Source of the DNA: Cytophagales bacterium
Lineage (GTDB): Bacteria > Bacteroidota > Bacteroidia > Cytophagales > Flammeovirgaceae
Assembly (NCBI GenBank): GCA_025056215.1
Contig: JANWWC010000007.1
Span: 30,492 to 94,491, forward strand
Direction: 5' to 3'
Length of the DNA stretch: 64,000 nt
This document shows positions 37,853 through 47,328 of the stretch, in pieces. The first letter of the stretch is position 1. Every line of letters starts with the position of its first letter. A model generated the notes under the pieces. The model saw only the letters and a list, made by a program, of their open reading frames with translations. It was not told the origin of the DNA and searched no databases. Position numbers and translations under genes: made by a program.

Positions 37853-38890
37853 TTATAGAGCCCGATAGTATTGGAGACTTTCTTGGATTTCTTCCCAACT
37901 CACTTCATCATTGTAAGAGCATTTTCCTATTTTTTGCAAAAGTGAACAAAGAATTTTAAAGCCTTCATTTTTTTTATCATGCATAATATTATTTTGAATT
38001 CCTTCGAAATCAGATTCGTAAATTTCTACTTTGCCAAAAATTTTTAAAATGTATTGGCTAATTTCTTGAAGTTGTAGCTGAGAAATTCGATTGCGTTGGT
38101 AGGTGAGCCATGTTTCTGCAATCATGCCAATTGCAATAGCTTCTCCGTGAAGAAGTTTGCGAGATGTCGGCAAAAAATGACTTTCGATAGCGTGTCCAAT
38201 CGTGTGACCAAAATTAAGAACCTTACGCAATCCTTTTTCGGTAGGGTCTTGTTCTACTATGTTTGCTTTTATACGAATCGAATGAGGAATTACTTCTTCC
38301 CAACACAAAGTTTCGGGAGTATGTTGCAACAAATATTCCCAGTGTTTTTGGTCTGCAATTAAGGCGTGTTTTATTACTTCTGCATAGCCAGAGCGTAGTT
38401 CACGTTTGGGAAGAGTTTTTAAGAATATAGGACAAATCAGCACCAAGTGTGGAATCTGGAAAACGCCAATGTGGTTTTTATAGCCCATAAAGTCGATACC
38501 TAATTTTCCGCCCACGCTTGCATCTACTTGGGAGAGCAAAGTAGTAGGAATTTGCACAAAATCAATACCTCGTTTGTAGGTAGCGGCGCAAAAGCCACCC
38601 ATATCCCCGATGACACCTCCTCCCAAATTAATTAATAACGATTTTCTATCAAAACCGAATTCTGTAAGCTTTTGCCAAATATATCGGCAAGTATCGATGT
38701 GCTTATATTCTTCTCCTGCCTGAATCTGAATTATACATGCCTCTTCAAAAAAAGGTTTTATGATTGGGTAACAGTATTGTAGTGTGTTTTCATCTACGAG
38801 TATAGCGCGTTGGGAGTAGTTTTGAGAAAAAGAAAAAGTTTCGGATTTCAGTTCCGAAACGAATAGTACTTGTTGGTGCAAAAAAGTCAT
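37853..38890 (-). CDS. aroB: 3-dehydroquinate synthase
   Basis: LGGGVIGDMGGFCAATYKRGI, GGKLGID and HGEAIAIGM blocks. Start moved to the ATG at 38890, which removes the overlap with the upstream gene. Confidence 0.9.
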   Translation of the reverse strand: MTFLHQQVLFVSELKSETFSFSQNYSQRAILVDENTLQYCYPIIKPFFEEACIIQIQAGEEYKHIDTCRYIWQKLTEFGFDRKSLLINLGGGVIGDMGGFCAATYKRGIDFVQIPTTLLSQVDASVGGKLGIDFMGYKNHIGVFQIPHLVLICPIFLKTLPKRELRSGYAEVIKHALIADQKHWEYLLQHTPETLCWEEVIPHSIRIKANIVEQDPTEKGLRKVLNFGHTIGHAIESHFLPTSRKLLHGEAIAIGMIAETWLTYQRNRISQLQLQEISQYILKIFGKVEIYESDFEGIQNNIMHDKKNEGFKILCSLLQKIGKCSYNDEVSWEEIQESLQYYRAL

Positions 38891-38900
38891 AGCCCACTGC

Positions 38901-40847
38901 TCATGAGTTTTGTTTAGGTTCAAATTTGAAGACAATACGTCGGTTGATGCGTTTTTCTGCCTCCGTTTTAGGCTTTTTAATTTTGAGTTGTGCATCTCCT
39001 TTTCCCTCTGCAAAAATGCGCTCTGCACTTATTCCTGCGCTTAAAAGATAGCTTACAATCGTTTGGGCGCGTTTTTGTGTGAGCTCTAAGTTTTTATTTT
39101 TATCTTTGATTTCATCAGAATAACACTGGAATGAAACTTTTTGGTCTGGGAATGCTCTTAAATAGTCAATTACAGAAACAAGCGCTTTTTGGGCATTTTC
39201 ATTCAGAGTAGTATCTTCAGGAGCAAAATAAAGAGCTTCTAAGCTAAAGAGTCCTGCTGTATCGGGATTGACAAACAAATTAGGTTTCAAAGAAAGAGAT
39301 ACTTGCCAAGTATGATTCGTAATAGGTTGCACAAGTTGTTTTTCGTCGAGTCGTTTATCGCTACCATTAAATTCAACAGAAGCAGGCAAGTAACCTTTAC
39401 GAGTAGCGCGAACCGTATAAGTTCTGTCGGGATATACTTTAATAGAAAACCGAAAATTTCCTTTTACATCAGATGTTGTCACATCGACTACTTGATTTTC
39501 TTCTATGAGTTGAATTTCTGCTCCGTCGAGTGCTGCTGATGTTGAATCCAAGTCGGCTCGAATATGTCCCGCAAGAAAATAATTTATTACTTTGGGAGGC
39601 TCTCCAATAGTGAATTCGTAGATATCGAATCCGCCTTTTGATTCTTCTACGAGACGATTAGAAGTGAAGTAGCCATTTTTTTCGTCTTTAAAATACAAAG
39701 AAAATTCATCGTAGCGCGTGTTGAGAGGTAAACCTAGGTTTTTGATAGAGATTTTGCCATCAGTAGATTTTTCTGCCAAAAAGATATCGAATCCGCCCCA
39801 GCCTACGTGCCCATCAGAGGCAAAAAAAAGTTGGTTTTTGACTACAAAAGGAGAAATTTCATCTCCAATGGTATTGATCTCTTTTCCTAAATTTTCGGCT
39901 GAGCCATATTGTCCTTTTTCATCTCTTTTAGCTCGATACAAGTCGAATCCTCCATATCCGCCTGCTCGATTAGAAGCAAAGTAAAGCATACTTCCATCTG
40001 GTGTTAAGAAAGGAGTTATATTCAAACAATTCGTTCCACTAGTAGCTTTGAGCAGTTGGGGCACTGACCAATGACCATTTTGGAAAGTAGAAATATACAA
40101 ATGTGATTCCTTAAAAGGACTTTTTTCTTTGTTCAGAGAACTTCTAACAAACACAATTGTATTGCCGTCGGCAGTAAAAGTGGCGTGTTCATCGTTTACT
40201 CCGTCTAAATTAAAACTTTCTCCGAATAGTACAGGCTTTTCGGAGTCTCCAATTTTAGCAAAATATAGATCGTAAAATCCTTTGCCTGTAGAAAGAGAAA
40301 TTTTTTCTTTTCTGCGATTGCTTGTAAATACGATACCGTCATGATACGGAACAGCGCTTAATTCGTGTTGTGTTGTATTAACGGAATCCGCTATTTTTAC
40401 TGAAATATAAGTAGGATCTTGAGCTTTTTTATCAAAATTATTGAGAAACTCGATTTCATCTCTGAAATAGTTAATAAATCCTTTGTCCGTTGCAATTTTG
40501 ATGTAGCGTTCATAAAGTTCTTTGGCTTGTGCATAATTACCGATGCTTTTTAATGCATGACCATAATAAAATCCTAAATGATTTGAAAGATATTTTGCTT
40601 TATCTGCTTTTTCGTAGTATAAAAGTGCTTTTTGCATGTCTCCCGATAGACGGTAACTTTCAGCGATCATAAAGCTAATTTTTCCGCGTTGTGATGCCAT
40701 ATCGGGCTTATTGAGCAATTTTTCATAAATAGGAATTGCTTTTTGATAATAGCCCAGCTTATAATTTTCTTGTGCTTTTTTTAAAGAAGGACCACAAGCG
40801 TGTAATACTACCAGAAGTCCTGCACTATAGTATAGTTTTACTCTCAT
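38901..40847 (-). CDS. OmpA-family protein with TPR, PD40-like and carboxypeptidase-regulatory-like regions (paralog of 19801-21897)
   Basis: N-terminal TPR-like helices (YYQKAIPIYEKLL...ALLYYEKA). PD40-like ...TPDGSMLYFASNRAGGYGGFDLY. C-terminal OmpA-like LELTQKRAQTIVSYL...NRRIVFKF. Confidence 0.85.
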   Translation of the reverse strand: MRVKLYYSAGLLVVLHACGPSLKKAQENYKLGYYQKAIPIYEKLLNKPDMASQRGKISFMIAESYRLSGDMQKALLYYEKADKAKYLSNHLGFYYGHALKSIGNYAQAKELYERYIKIATDKGFINYFRDEIEFLNNFDKKAQDPTYISVKIADSVNTTQHELSAVPYHDGIVFTSNRRKEKISLSTGKGFYDLYFAKIGDSEKPVLFGESFNLDGVNDEHATFTADGNTIVFVRSSLNKEKSPFKESHLYISTFQNGHWSVPQLLKATSGTNCLNITPFLTPDGSMLYFASNRAGGYGGFDLYRAKRDEKGQYGSAENLGKEINTIGDEISPFVVKNQLFFASDGHVGWGGFDIFLAEKSTDGKISIKNLGLPLNTRYDEFSLYFKDEKNGYFTSNRLVEESKGGFDIYEFTIGEPPKVINYFLAGHIRADLDSTSAALDGAEIQLIEENQVVDVTTSDVKGNFRFSIKVYPDRTYTVRATRKGYLPASVEFNGSDKRLDEKQLVQPITNHTWQVSLSLKPNLFVNPDTAGLFSLEALYFAPEDTTLNENAQKALVSVIDYLRAFPDQKVSFQCYSDEIKDKNKNLELTQKRAQTIVSYLLSAGISAERIFAEGKGDAQLKIKKPKTEAEKRINRRIVFKFEPKQNS

Positions 40848-40998
40848 TGTTGCAGAATATTAGGTTTAATATGTTTCCAAAGATAGCTAATTTAGAAGTC
40901 AGTTCAAATAAAAACCTCTTTCTTCACGATTAGTTTACATAAATTTTTCTTTTTTAGAGAAGATTTAACAGCTTTCTGACAGCTAACTTATCTTTTTT

Positions 40999-42330
40999 AT
41001 GGGAATCGTAAGGGGAATTGTAGGAATAAGCATTTTTATAGGTATTGCTTATTTGTTATCTGAAAATAGACAAAAAATTAATTGGAATTTGGTAATTGTA
41101 GGACTTACTTTACAAGTTCTCTTTGGAGTTCTTATTACTCAAATAGATGCTATTTCTTTTGCATTTCAGCGCATAAGCAAAGCGTTTGTAACACTTATCA
41201 ACTTTTCGAAAGATGGTGCTATTTTTTTATTTGCAGGATTGGCGCGCAACAGTTTCGAAGACCCTAACGCACATCATGAGCTCGGCGTTATATTTGCTTT
41301 TCAGGTTTTGCCAGCGATTGTGTTTTTTTCTACGTTTTCAGCAGGATTGTATTATTTAGGAATTCTTCAAAAAATCGTTTATGCGATTGCTTGGGTAATG
41401 TCGAAAACTATGAAACTTTCTGGGGCAGAAAGCTTGGCTGCTGCGGGAAACATCTTTTTAGGACAGACAGAAGCCCCCTTGTTAGTCAAGCCTTTTATTC
41501 CACGCATGACTAAATCTGAACTTATGTGCTTAATGACAGGTGGAATGGCAACCATTGCGGGCTCTGTATTAGCTTCTTTTGTTAAGTTTTTAGCTAACGG
41601 AGATCCGCAACAAGAAGTCATTTTTGCGTCTCATCTTTTGAGCGCTTCCTTTATGAACGCACCTGCAGGAATTATACTTTCTAAAATCATAATTCCAGAA
41701 ACAGAATTTGAAAAAATTGATAGAGCTCTTAAAGTCAACAAAGAAAACTTAGGAGTTAATCTTATCGATGCTCTTTCGACAGGCGCTTCTGAAGGACTCA
41801 AACTCGCTCTTAACGTTGGCGGAATGTTACTTGCTTTTATTGCTTTGATTGCATTTTGCAACTACGTGTTTCAAGACCTTTTAGGAAATTGGCTTATTTG
41901 GAACAATACCACTCTCAACGAGTACATTCGCCAGCATACAAATCAAGTTTTTAGCGGATTTACGCTTCAGTACGTGTTGGGGCAATTTTTTAGGATTTTT
42001 GCTTGGCTTATGGGTGTAGATTGGCAAGATACGCTTTTAGTAGGAAGTATGCTTGGGCAAAAAACGGTGATTAACGAATTTGTCGCCTATATGGAATTGG
42101 CAAAATATCGCCCTATGAATGTGCTTTCTGAAAAATCGGTTCTCGTTTGTACGTACGCGCTTTGTGGCTTTTCTAATTTTAGCTCTATTGCTATTCAAGT
42201 AGGAGGAATAGGAAGTATGGCTCCCGAAAAGCAAGGACTTCTTTCTCAGTTAGGTCTCAAGGCTTTGATAGCGGCTACTTTGGCTTGCATGATGACAGCT
42301 ACTATTGCGGGAATGATAACGTACTTGTAG
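40999..42330 (+). CDS. NupC/NupG-type concentrative nucleoside transporter (CNT family)
   Basis: Polytopic membrane protein with CNT blocks GNIFLGQTEAPLLVKP, MTGGMATIAGSVL and NEFVAY. Confidence 0.85.
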   Translation: MGIVRGIVGISIFIGIAYLLSENRQKINWNLVIVGLTLQVLFGVLITQIDAISFAFQRISKAFVTLINFSKDGAIFLFAGLARNSFEDPNAHHELGVIFAFQVLPAIVFFSTFSAGLYYLGILQKIVYAIAWVMSKTMKLSGAESLAAAGNIFLGQTEAPLLVKPFIPRMTKSELMCLMTGGMATIAGSVLASFVKFLANGDPQQEVIFASHLLSASFMNAPAGIILSKIIIPETEFEKIDRALKVNKENLGVNLIDALSTGASEGLKLALNVGGMLLAFIALIAFCNYVFQDLLGNWLIWNNTTLNEYIRQHTNQVFSGFTLQYVLGQFFRIFAWLMGVDWQDTLLVGSMLGQKTVINEFVAYMELAKYRPMNVLSEKSVLVCTYALCGFSNFSSIAIQVGGIGSMAPEKQGLLSQLGLKALIAATLACMMTATIAGMITYL

Positions 42331-43117
42331 AATTATTTTGCGATTGAGTAGAAGAGGTAGGCCCAAACAGATCTTGAGCATTTTTATCTGTAGAAATTTC
42401 TATCTCTTCAACTGTTTTGTTCTGAAGGCGCGCTATTTTTTCAATAATAAAAGATAAATAAGAGGGCTCGTTGCGTTTGCCTCGGTGAGGAATAGGAGCT
42501 AAATAAGGGGCATCTGTTTCCAATAAAATATTATCGGTTTCTATGAAAGGCAATACTTGCTCTAATCCTCCTTTGGGGAAGGTTACAATGCCTCCGATTC
42601 CAATATAAAATCCTGTAGAGATAATTTTTTGAGCTTGTTGTAATGTTCCGCTAAAGCAATGCAAAACGCCTCTTAAAGTTCCATCTTGTTCTTTTTCGAG
42701 AAACTTTATAATTTCCTCTATACAAGCGCGGCAGTGCACAATAATAGGTAAATTTAAACGCTTTGCCCACTGAATCTGAATGCGAAGTGCTTCTTGTTGA
42801 TACTCAAAAAATGATTTATCCCAATATAGGTCAAGGCCGATTTCTCCTATAGCAATAAAAGATTCTTTTGAGAGATACTCTTCTATTCTATAAAGTTCTT
42901 TTTCAAAGTCTTTTTGCACATAACAAGGATGAAGGCCGACGGCAGGGTAACACCATCTCGAAAATTGGGTTGCTATTTCGAGCATAGGCTCTACAGATTT
43001 GCTATCTACATTAGGCATCACAATTTTTGAAATTCCTTTTTCGATAGCGCGCTCAATTACTTCAACGCGATCAGAATCAAATTGCTTATCGTATAAGTGG
43101 GCGTGAGTGTCGATCAT
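42302..43117 (-). CDS. TatD family metal-dependent hydrolase
   Basis: MIDTHAHL N-terminus, plus IGEIGLD, VHCR, LLETDAPYL blocks. The 3' end overlaps the convergent transporter gene by 29 nt. Confidence 0.88.
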   Translation of the reverse strand: MIDTHAHLYDKQFDSDRVEVIERAIEKGISKIVMPNVDSKSVEPMLEIATQFSRWCYPAVGLHPCYVQKDFEKELYRIEEYLSKESFIAIGEIGLDLYWDKSFFEYQQEALRIQIQWAKRLNLPIIVHCRACIEEIIKFLEKEQDGTLRGVLHCFSGTLQQAQKIISTGFYIGIGGIVTFPKGGLEQVLPFIETDNILLETDAPYLAPIPHRGKRNEPSYLSFIIEKIARLQNKTVEEIEISTDKNAQDLFGPTSSTQSQNNSTSTLSFPQ

Positions 43118-43228
43118 ATTCTCAAGAAATTTGATGCAAATTTAGTTGCTTTTTCATGGATGATTACGCTTATCGCAATTTTGAGAATATTTTATTTTTT
43201 TGCAGAATGTATCTGAACTGAAATTTTT

Positions 43229-43987
43229 ATGCTGCATCATCGTAGAATTGTCATCATTCCTACCTACAACGAAATTGAGAACGTAGAACTTATGATTCGC
43301 AAAGTGATGAGCTTGGAACCTTTTTTTGATGTGATGATTGTAGATGATGGTTCTCCTGATGGAACAGCTCAAAAAGTTAAACAATTGCAGCAAGAGTTCC
43401 CTGAAAGAATATATCTAGAAGAAAGACAAGGAAAATTGGGGCTGGGAACAGCCTATATTCACGGATTTAAAATTGCGTTAGCCAAAGGATATGATTATAT
43501 TTTCGAAATGGATTGCGATTTTTCGCATAATCCTGATGATTTAATTAGACTCTATCAAGCATGCGCCATCGAAGGGAACGATGTAGCCATCGGTTCGAGG
43601 TACGTAGTAGGAGTAAATGTAGTGAATTGGCCTATGAGTCGTGTTTTGATGTCATATTTTGCAAGTAAATATGTACAGCTCGTAACAGGAATGCCTATTA
43701 CTGATACTACCGCTGGTTTTAAGTGCTATCATCGCACAGTATTAGAAACTATCGAGTTAGATAAAATCAAGTTTGTAGGGTATGCTTTCCAAATAGAAAT
43801 GAAATTTACTGCGTGGAAATATGGTTTCAAAATCAAAGAGATCCCTATTATTTTTACAGATCGAACTAGAGGCACCTCTAAAATGTCTAAAAGAATATTC
43901 AAAGAAGCGTTTTTTGGGGTTTTGCAAATGAAAATTGAGAGTTTGTTTAGAACATATCATCGTCCGATGCCTCCTGTAGAAGTATAA
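43229..43987 (+). CDS. GT2 polyprenol-phosphate mannosyl/glycosyl transferase (Dpm1-like)
   Basis: VIIPTYNEIEN...MIVDDGSPDGT...EMDCDFSHNP...GSRY matches the polyprenol monophosphomannose synthase family. Confidence 0.8.
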   Translation: MLHHRRIVIIPTYNEIENVELMIRKVMSLEPFFDVMIVDDGSPDGTAQKVKQLQQEFPERIYLEERQGKLGLGTAYIHGFKIALAKGYDYIFEMDCDFSHNPDDLIRLYQACAIEGNDVAIGSRYVVGVNVVNWPMSRVLMSYFASKYVQLVTGMPITDTTAGFKCYHRTVLETIELDKIKFVGYAFQIEMKFTAWKYGFKIKEIPIIFTDRTRGTSKMSKRIFKEAFFGVLQMKIESLFRTYHRPMPPVEV

Positions 43988-44038
43988 ATGTTCTGATTAA
44001 ATTTAGAGTGCGAAATCTCAAAAAATGAAAAAGGTTTG

Positions 44039-45532
44039 ATGGAAGCATGTTCTCCTATTAATCTTGTTTGGTTTAAGCGCGATTTGCGCTATATAGACCA
44101 CGAGCCTCTCGCTAAAGCAGTTGAAACACAACTTCCTACCTTGCTTTTGTATGTTTTTGAGCCTTCTCTTATGAGTTCACCTCAATACGAGATAAGACAC
44201 TGGCGTTTTGTGAAAGAGTCTATTGAAGAACTCAATGAATTTTTGGGTCGGTATAATGCAAAGATTTATGTGTTTCATACGGAAGTGATTCCGTTGTTAG
44301 AACAACTATCTTCTCATTTTCTTATCAAACATATTTTTTCACATCAAGAAACGAACATTCGCATTACTTATGAACGCGACAAACAAGTGCGTCGATTTTG
44401 CAAAGAAAAAGGCATTCTTTGGAAAGAATCTCAATGTAACGGAGTAATTAGAGGCATTAAAAATCGGGATTGCTGGAATGAAAAATGGCGCGCTTATATG
44501 CAGCAATCCTTATACAATCCTTCTTTAGAAAAGCTAATTTCTCTACGTTTAGAAGATGCGCTTTATATTCAGTTGCAGGGAAAGCCTTTACCCAAAGAAA
44601 TCAGTGTGTCTAACAGAGTTTTTCAACCTGGTGGATTTCGGAAAGCATATGCTTATTTAGAAAGTTTTTGGCAAGAAAGAGTTTGTAATTATAGTAAGCA
44701 TATTTCCAAGCCTGAGCTAAGTCGTCGAGGATGCAGTCGATTGTCGCCCTATTTAGCGTGGGGTTGCTTGTCTGTCAGACAGGTGTACCAATCATATTTG
44801 TATTATAAAGACAAGATTCCTTGTAAGAGAGCTGCCCAAAACTTTGTTGCACGCTTGAAATGGCATTGTCATTTTATTCAAAAGTTTGAGATGGAAGACC
44901 GCATGGAGTTCGAAAATATCAATTGTGCTTACAATCAAATTCGTACTGAGTGGAATGAAAATCTTTATCAGGCGTGGGCGCAAGGTAAAACTGGCTTTCC
45001 ATTAATAGATGCAGCTATGCGGTGTGTAAAAGCAACAGGCTATTTGAATTTTCGCTCTCGTTCGATGTTAGTTTCTTTTCTTACACATCATTTGTGGTTG
45101 GACTGGCGAAAAGGAGCTATCCATTTAGCGCAATTATTCTTAGACTTTGAACCTGGCATTCACTATCCGCAGTTTCAGATGCAAGCTGGCGTAACTGGCA
45201 TTCATACCGTGCGCGTTTACAATCCTATTAAGCAATCCAAAGAGCACGACCCAGAGGGAGTATTTATTCGCAAATGGGTGCCTGAATTATCTCATCTTCC
45301 TTCGCATTTGATACACGAACCATATCAACTTACTCCCTTAGAACAAGAGTTGTACAAATGCAGAATCGGAATAGATTATCCGGCGCCTGTTGTAAATATA
45401 GAAACAACAGCTAAGCGCGCTCGCGATACGTTATTCGCTATACAAAAAACGAAAGAGGCTCTTCGAGAGAGTGAAAGAATATTGCGTATGCACACCACTC
45501 CTACCCGAAGTTTAGGAATTGATGAAGACTAA
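44039..45532 (+). CDS. Cryptochrome/photolyase family FAD-binding protein
   Basis: N-terminal [16 protein letters not shown] photolyase block. C-terminal FAD-binding blocks: [36 protein letters not shown] cannot assign a subclass by eye. Confidence 0.8.
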   Translation: MEACSPINLVWFKRDLRYIDHEPLAKAVETQLPTLLLYVFEPSLMSSPQYEIRHWRFVKESIEELNEFLGRYNAKIYVFHTEVIPLLEQLSSHFLIKHIFSHQETNIRITYERDKQVRRFCKEKGILWKESQCNGVIRGIKNRDCWNEKWRAYMQQSLYNPSLEKLISLRLEDALYIQLQGKPLPKEISVSNRVFQPGGFRKAYAYLESFWQERVCNYSKHISKPELSRRGCSRLSPYLAWGCLSVRQVYQSYLYYKDKIPCKRAAQNFVARLKWHCHFIQKFEMEDRMEFENINCAYNQIRTEWNENLYQAWAQGKTGFPLIDAAMRCVKATGYLNFRSRSMLVSFLTHHLWLDWRKGAIHLAQLFLDFEPGIHYPQFQMQAGVTGIHTVRVYNPIKQSKEHDPEGVFIRKWVPELSHLPSHLIHEPYQLTPLEQELYKCRIGIDYPAPVVNIETTAKRARDTLFAIQKTKEALRESERILRMHTTPTRSLGIDED

Positions 45533-45535
45533 GAA

Positions 45536-46393
45536 TTACTTTATTTGTTTAACATCTACACTGCAGAAAGTATGATGGAATCCTTTTCCTTGAGTACGGA
45601 GCAAGCCTTTTAGAGGAGTGCAATCTGAATAATCTGTTCCATGGGCTACTTTGATGTAATTTTCATCTACTAATCGGTTGTTAGTAGGGTCAAATCCGGC
45701 CCAGCCCGCGCCTGGAATAAGTGCCTCTACCCATGCATCCATAGCAGGAATAACTTTATAAGTATTAACCCGATTGGTATATCCGGAAACATACCTTGCA
45801 GGAATACCGTTAGCACGTGCAATAGCGATAAAAAGATGTGCGAAATCTTGCCCGACTCCCATTTCTAATTGGAAGGCTTCCTCTGCGGTCGTATCGGTGT
45901 TGGTTACAAAAGGCGTGTACACTAATTTCATAAATACGTAGTCGTTTAGTTCTAATAGATAGCTATACACCGATTTTTTGCCATCGTATTGAGGGGTTTT
46001 TGATAAAGATTCCTCCGAAAGTGTGGTTAAAGGGGTATTCCTTAAGAAAATTGCATTATCTATAATAAAAGGCAAACTTTTTAGCATTTCAAATTCTTGC
46101 TTTTTGGGAAGAACACTTCCACGAACGAGAGGCACATCATCGTTTTTTTCTACTTTAGAGGAGATTGAAAACTCATATTTCTGAAAATTTTTATGAGCGC
46201 GAACGCGAATTACATCAAAACCAAACGCGTTTTTGCTTACATGAAAATCATCTCCTAAAGAATCTCGTAGACTTGAAAGAGTAGATTTTTGTGTACTATC
46301 GTTGCATGGAAGAACTAAAAACTCAAAAAAGGCTTCTGATACAGGAACTTCGTACTGATTCTCAGATACATAAGAAATATTGTAGTTAATCAT
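45536..46393 (-). CDS. Transglutaminase-like domain protein
   Basis: Core block GVGQDFAHLFIAIARANGIPARYVSGY...DAWVEALIPGAGWAGFDPTN. The family's usual catalytic Cys position appears here as GVGQDF, so activity is uncertain. Confidence 0.7.
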   Translation of the reverse strand: MINYNISYVSENQYEVPVSEAFFEFLVLPCNDSTQKSTLSSLRDSLGDDFHVSKNAFGFDVIRVRAHKNFQKYEFSISSKVEKNDDVPLVRGSVLPKKQEFEMLKSLPFIIDNAIFLRNTPLTTLSEESLSKTPQYDGKKSVYSYLLELNDYVFMKLVYTPFVTNTDTTAEEAFQLEMGVGQDFAHLFIAIARANGIPARYVSGYTNRVNTYKVIPAMDAWVEALIPGAGWAGFDPTNNRLVDENYIKVAHGTDYSDCTPLKGLLRTQGKGFHHTFCSVDVKQIK

Positions 46394-46436
46394 AAGAGTT
46401 GTTGTTTAATAGGTTTATATTCATAACGACAAGCCT

Positions 46437-46961
46437 TTATAAAAGTTGCGTATAATATAGAAAACGCTCATAGAGCTTTTCTTCAGGAGCATTGGGTTTG
46501 GGTTTGATAATCATCTCTGCTACCAAGTGGCGGCCGTCTGCATATTGACAGATGCGGCATTTTGCGGGACTATTTGCTAGAATGTAATCAAAAAATGGCA
46601 AAGGTTTTTTGCTCAAACAAAATAAATAATCGAATGGAGTGCGAATAAAATTGTTAAGTTCCTCATTGCGAATTTCTCCCCATAAAGAAACATCTTTATA
46701 GCCAAATACTTTGGGTTGGAATTGCAAGCCCGAGATGGTAGGTTGTTTGGAATAACCAATAATTTGTAGGTTTCTGCCGTTAGTTTTGAGAGATTTAATA
46801 AATTTGCTGAATGTGTCTGGATTTTGGATATCGTCGAGTGAGAAAATCACTCCAATGTTTTTAGCACTTTTAAAACTAATGTTTTGCCGAACCACCTGAT
46901 TTTGTTTAATTGCTTGATTTTTGCGAAGACGCAAGAATAAGTTTTTAATGAAATTCAGCAT
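46437..46961 (-). CDS. Hypothetical protein
   Basis: Clean 174-aa ORF in the same direction as the neighbouring gene. No family recognised. Confidence 0.5.
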   Translation of the reverse strand: MLNFIKNLFLRLRKNQAIKQNQVVRQNISFKSAKNIGVIFSLDDIQNPDTFSKFIKSLKTNGRNLQIIGYSKQPTISGLQFQPKVFGYKDVSLWGEIRNEELNNFIRTPFDYLFCLSKKPLPFFDYILANSPAKCRICQYADGRHLVAEMIIKPKPNAPEEKLYERFLYYTQLL

Positions 46962-47328
46962 ATCTTTTGTGGATCATTGATAATCAGCAAAATAAATGGA
47001 TCATTACAACAAAAACAAAAATAATTTTTTGAGACTGTTTTGTTTGTATAATTTTTTATTTAAAGCCATGTTTTGCGATTCAAATGACAATAGACAAGCT
47101 TTTATAGAGTTAATCCAAAGCTAATAACTGAATTGTTGAGAGTTATGTTTAAAAATCACCAAAATTTTTATAACATTCCCTTTATAGAAAAATTGGAAAA
47201 ATGCGTCTAATTTTACTGATGTAACTTTATTTTAATCGGATTTATTATCAAAAGTTGTTTGTTTAACTTGAAGGCTTGTGCAATAAGTTGTATTGATAAA
47301 ATGAAAACTATTAAGCTCGATTAATGAA

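Noticed and set aside
38891-39028. N-terminal extensions of track ORFs that overlap upstream genes. Examples: aroB to 39028, lpxH-like from 58157, GT2 to 60081, Dps from 11889, purD from 31886, frr to 26642.
   Set aside because: The extensions have no similarity to the family N-termini and overlap neighbouring genes. Internal ATGs give canonical N-termini and lengths.
40848-40998. Possible riboswitch or leader upstream of the nucleoside transporter gene, and likewise upstream of the sulfite reductase (7298-7518) and purD.
   Set aside because: These gaps are AT-rich and lack the conserved cores of purine, 2'-dG, SAM or ZTP riboswitches as I remember them. Only short repeats (acagct x2) are present. 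A covariance-model scan would be needed to be sure.
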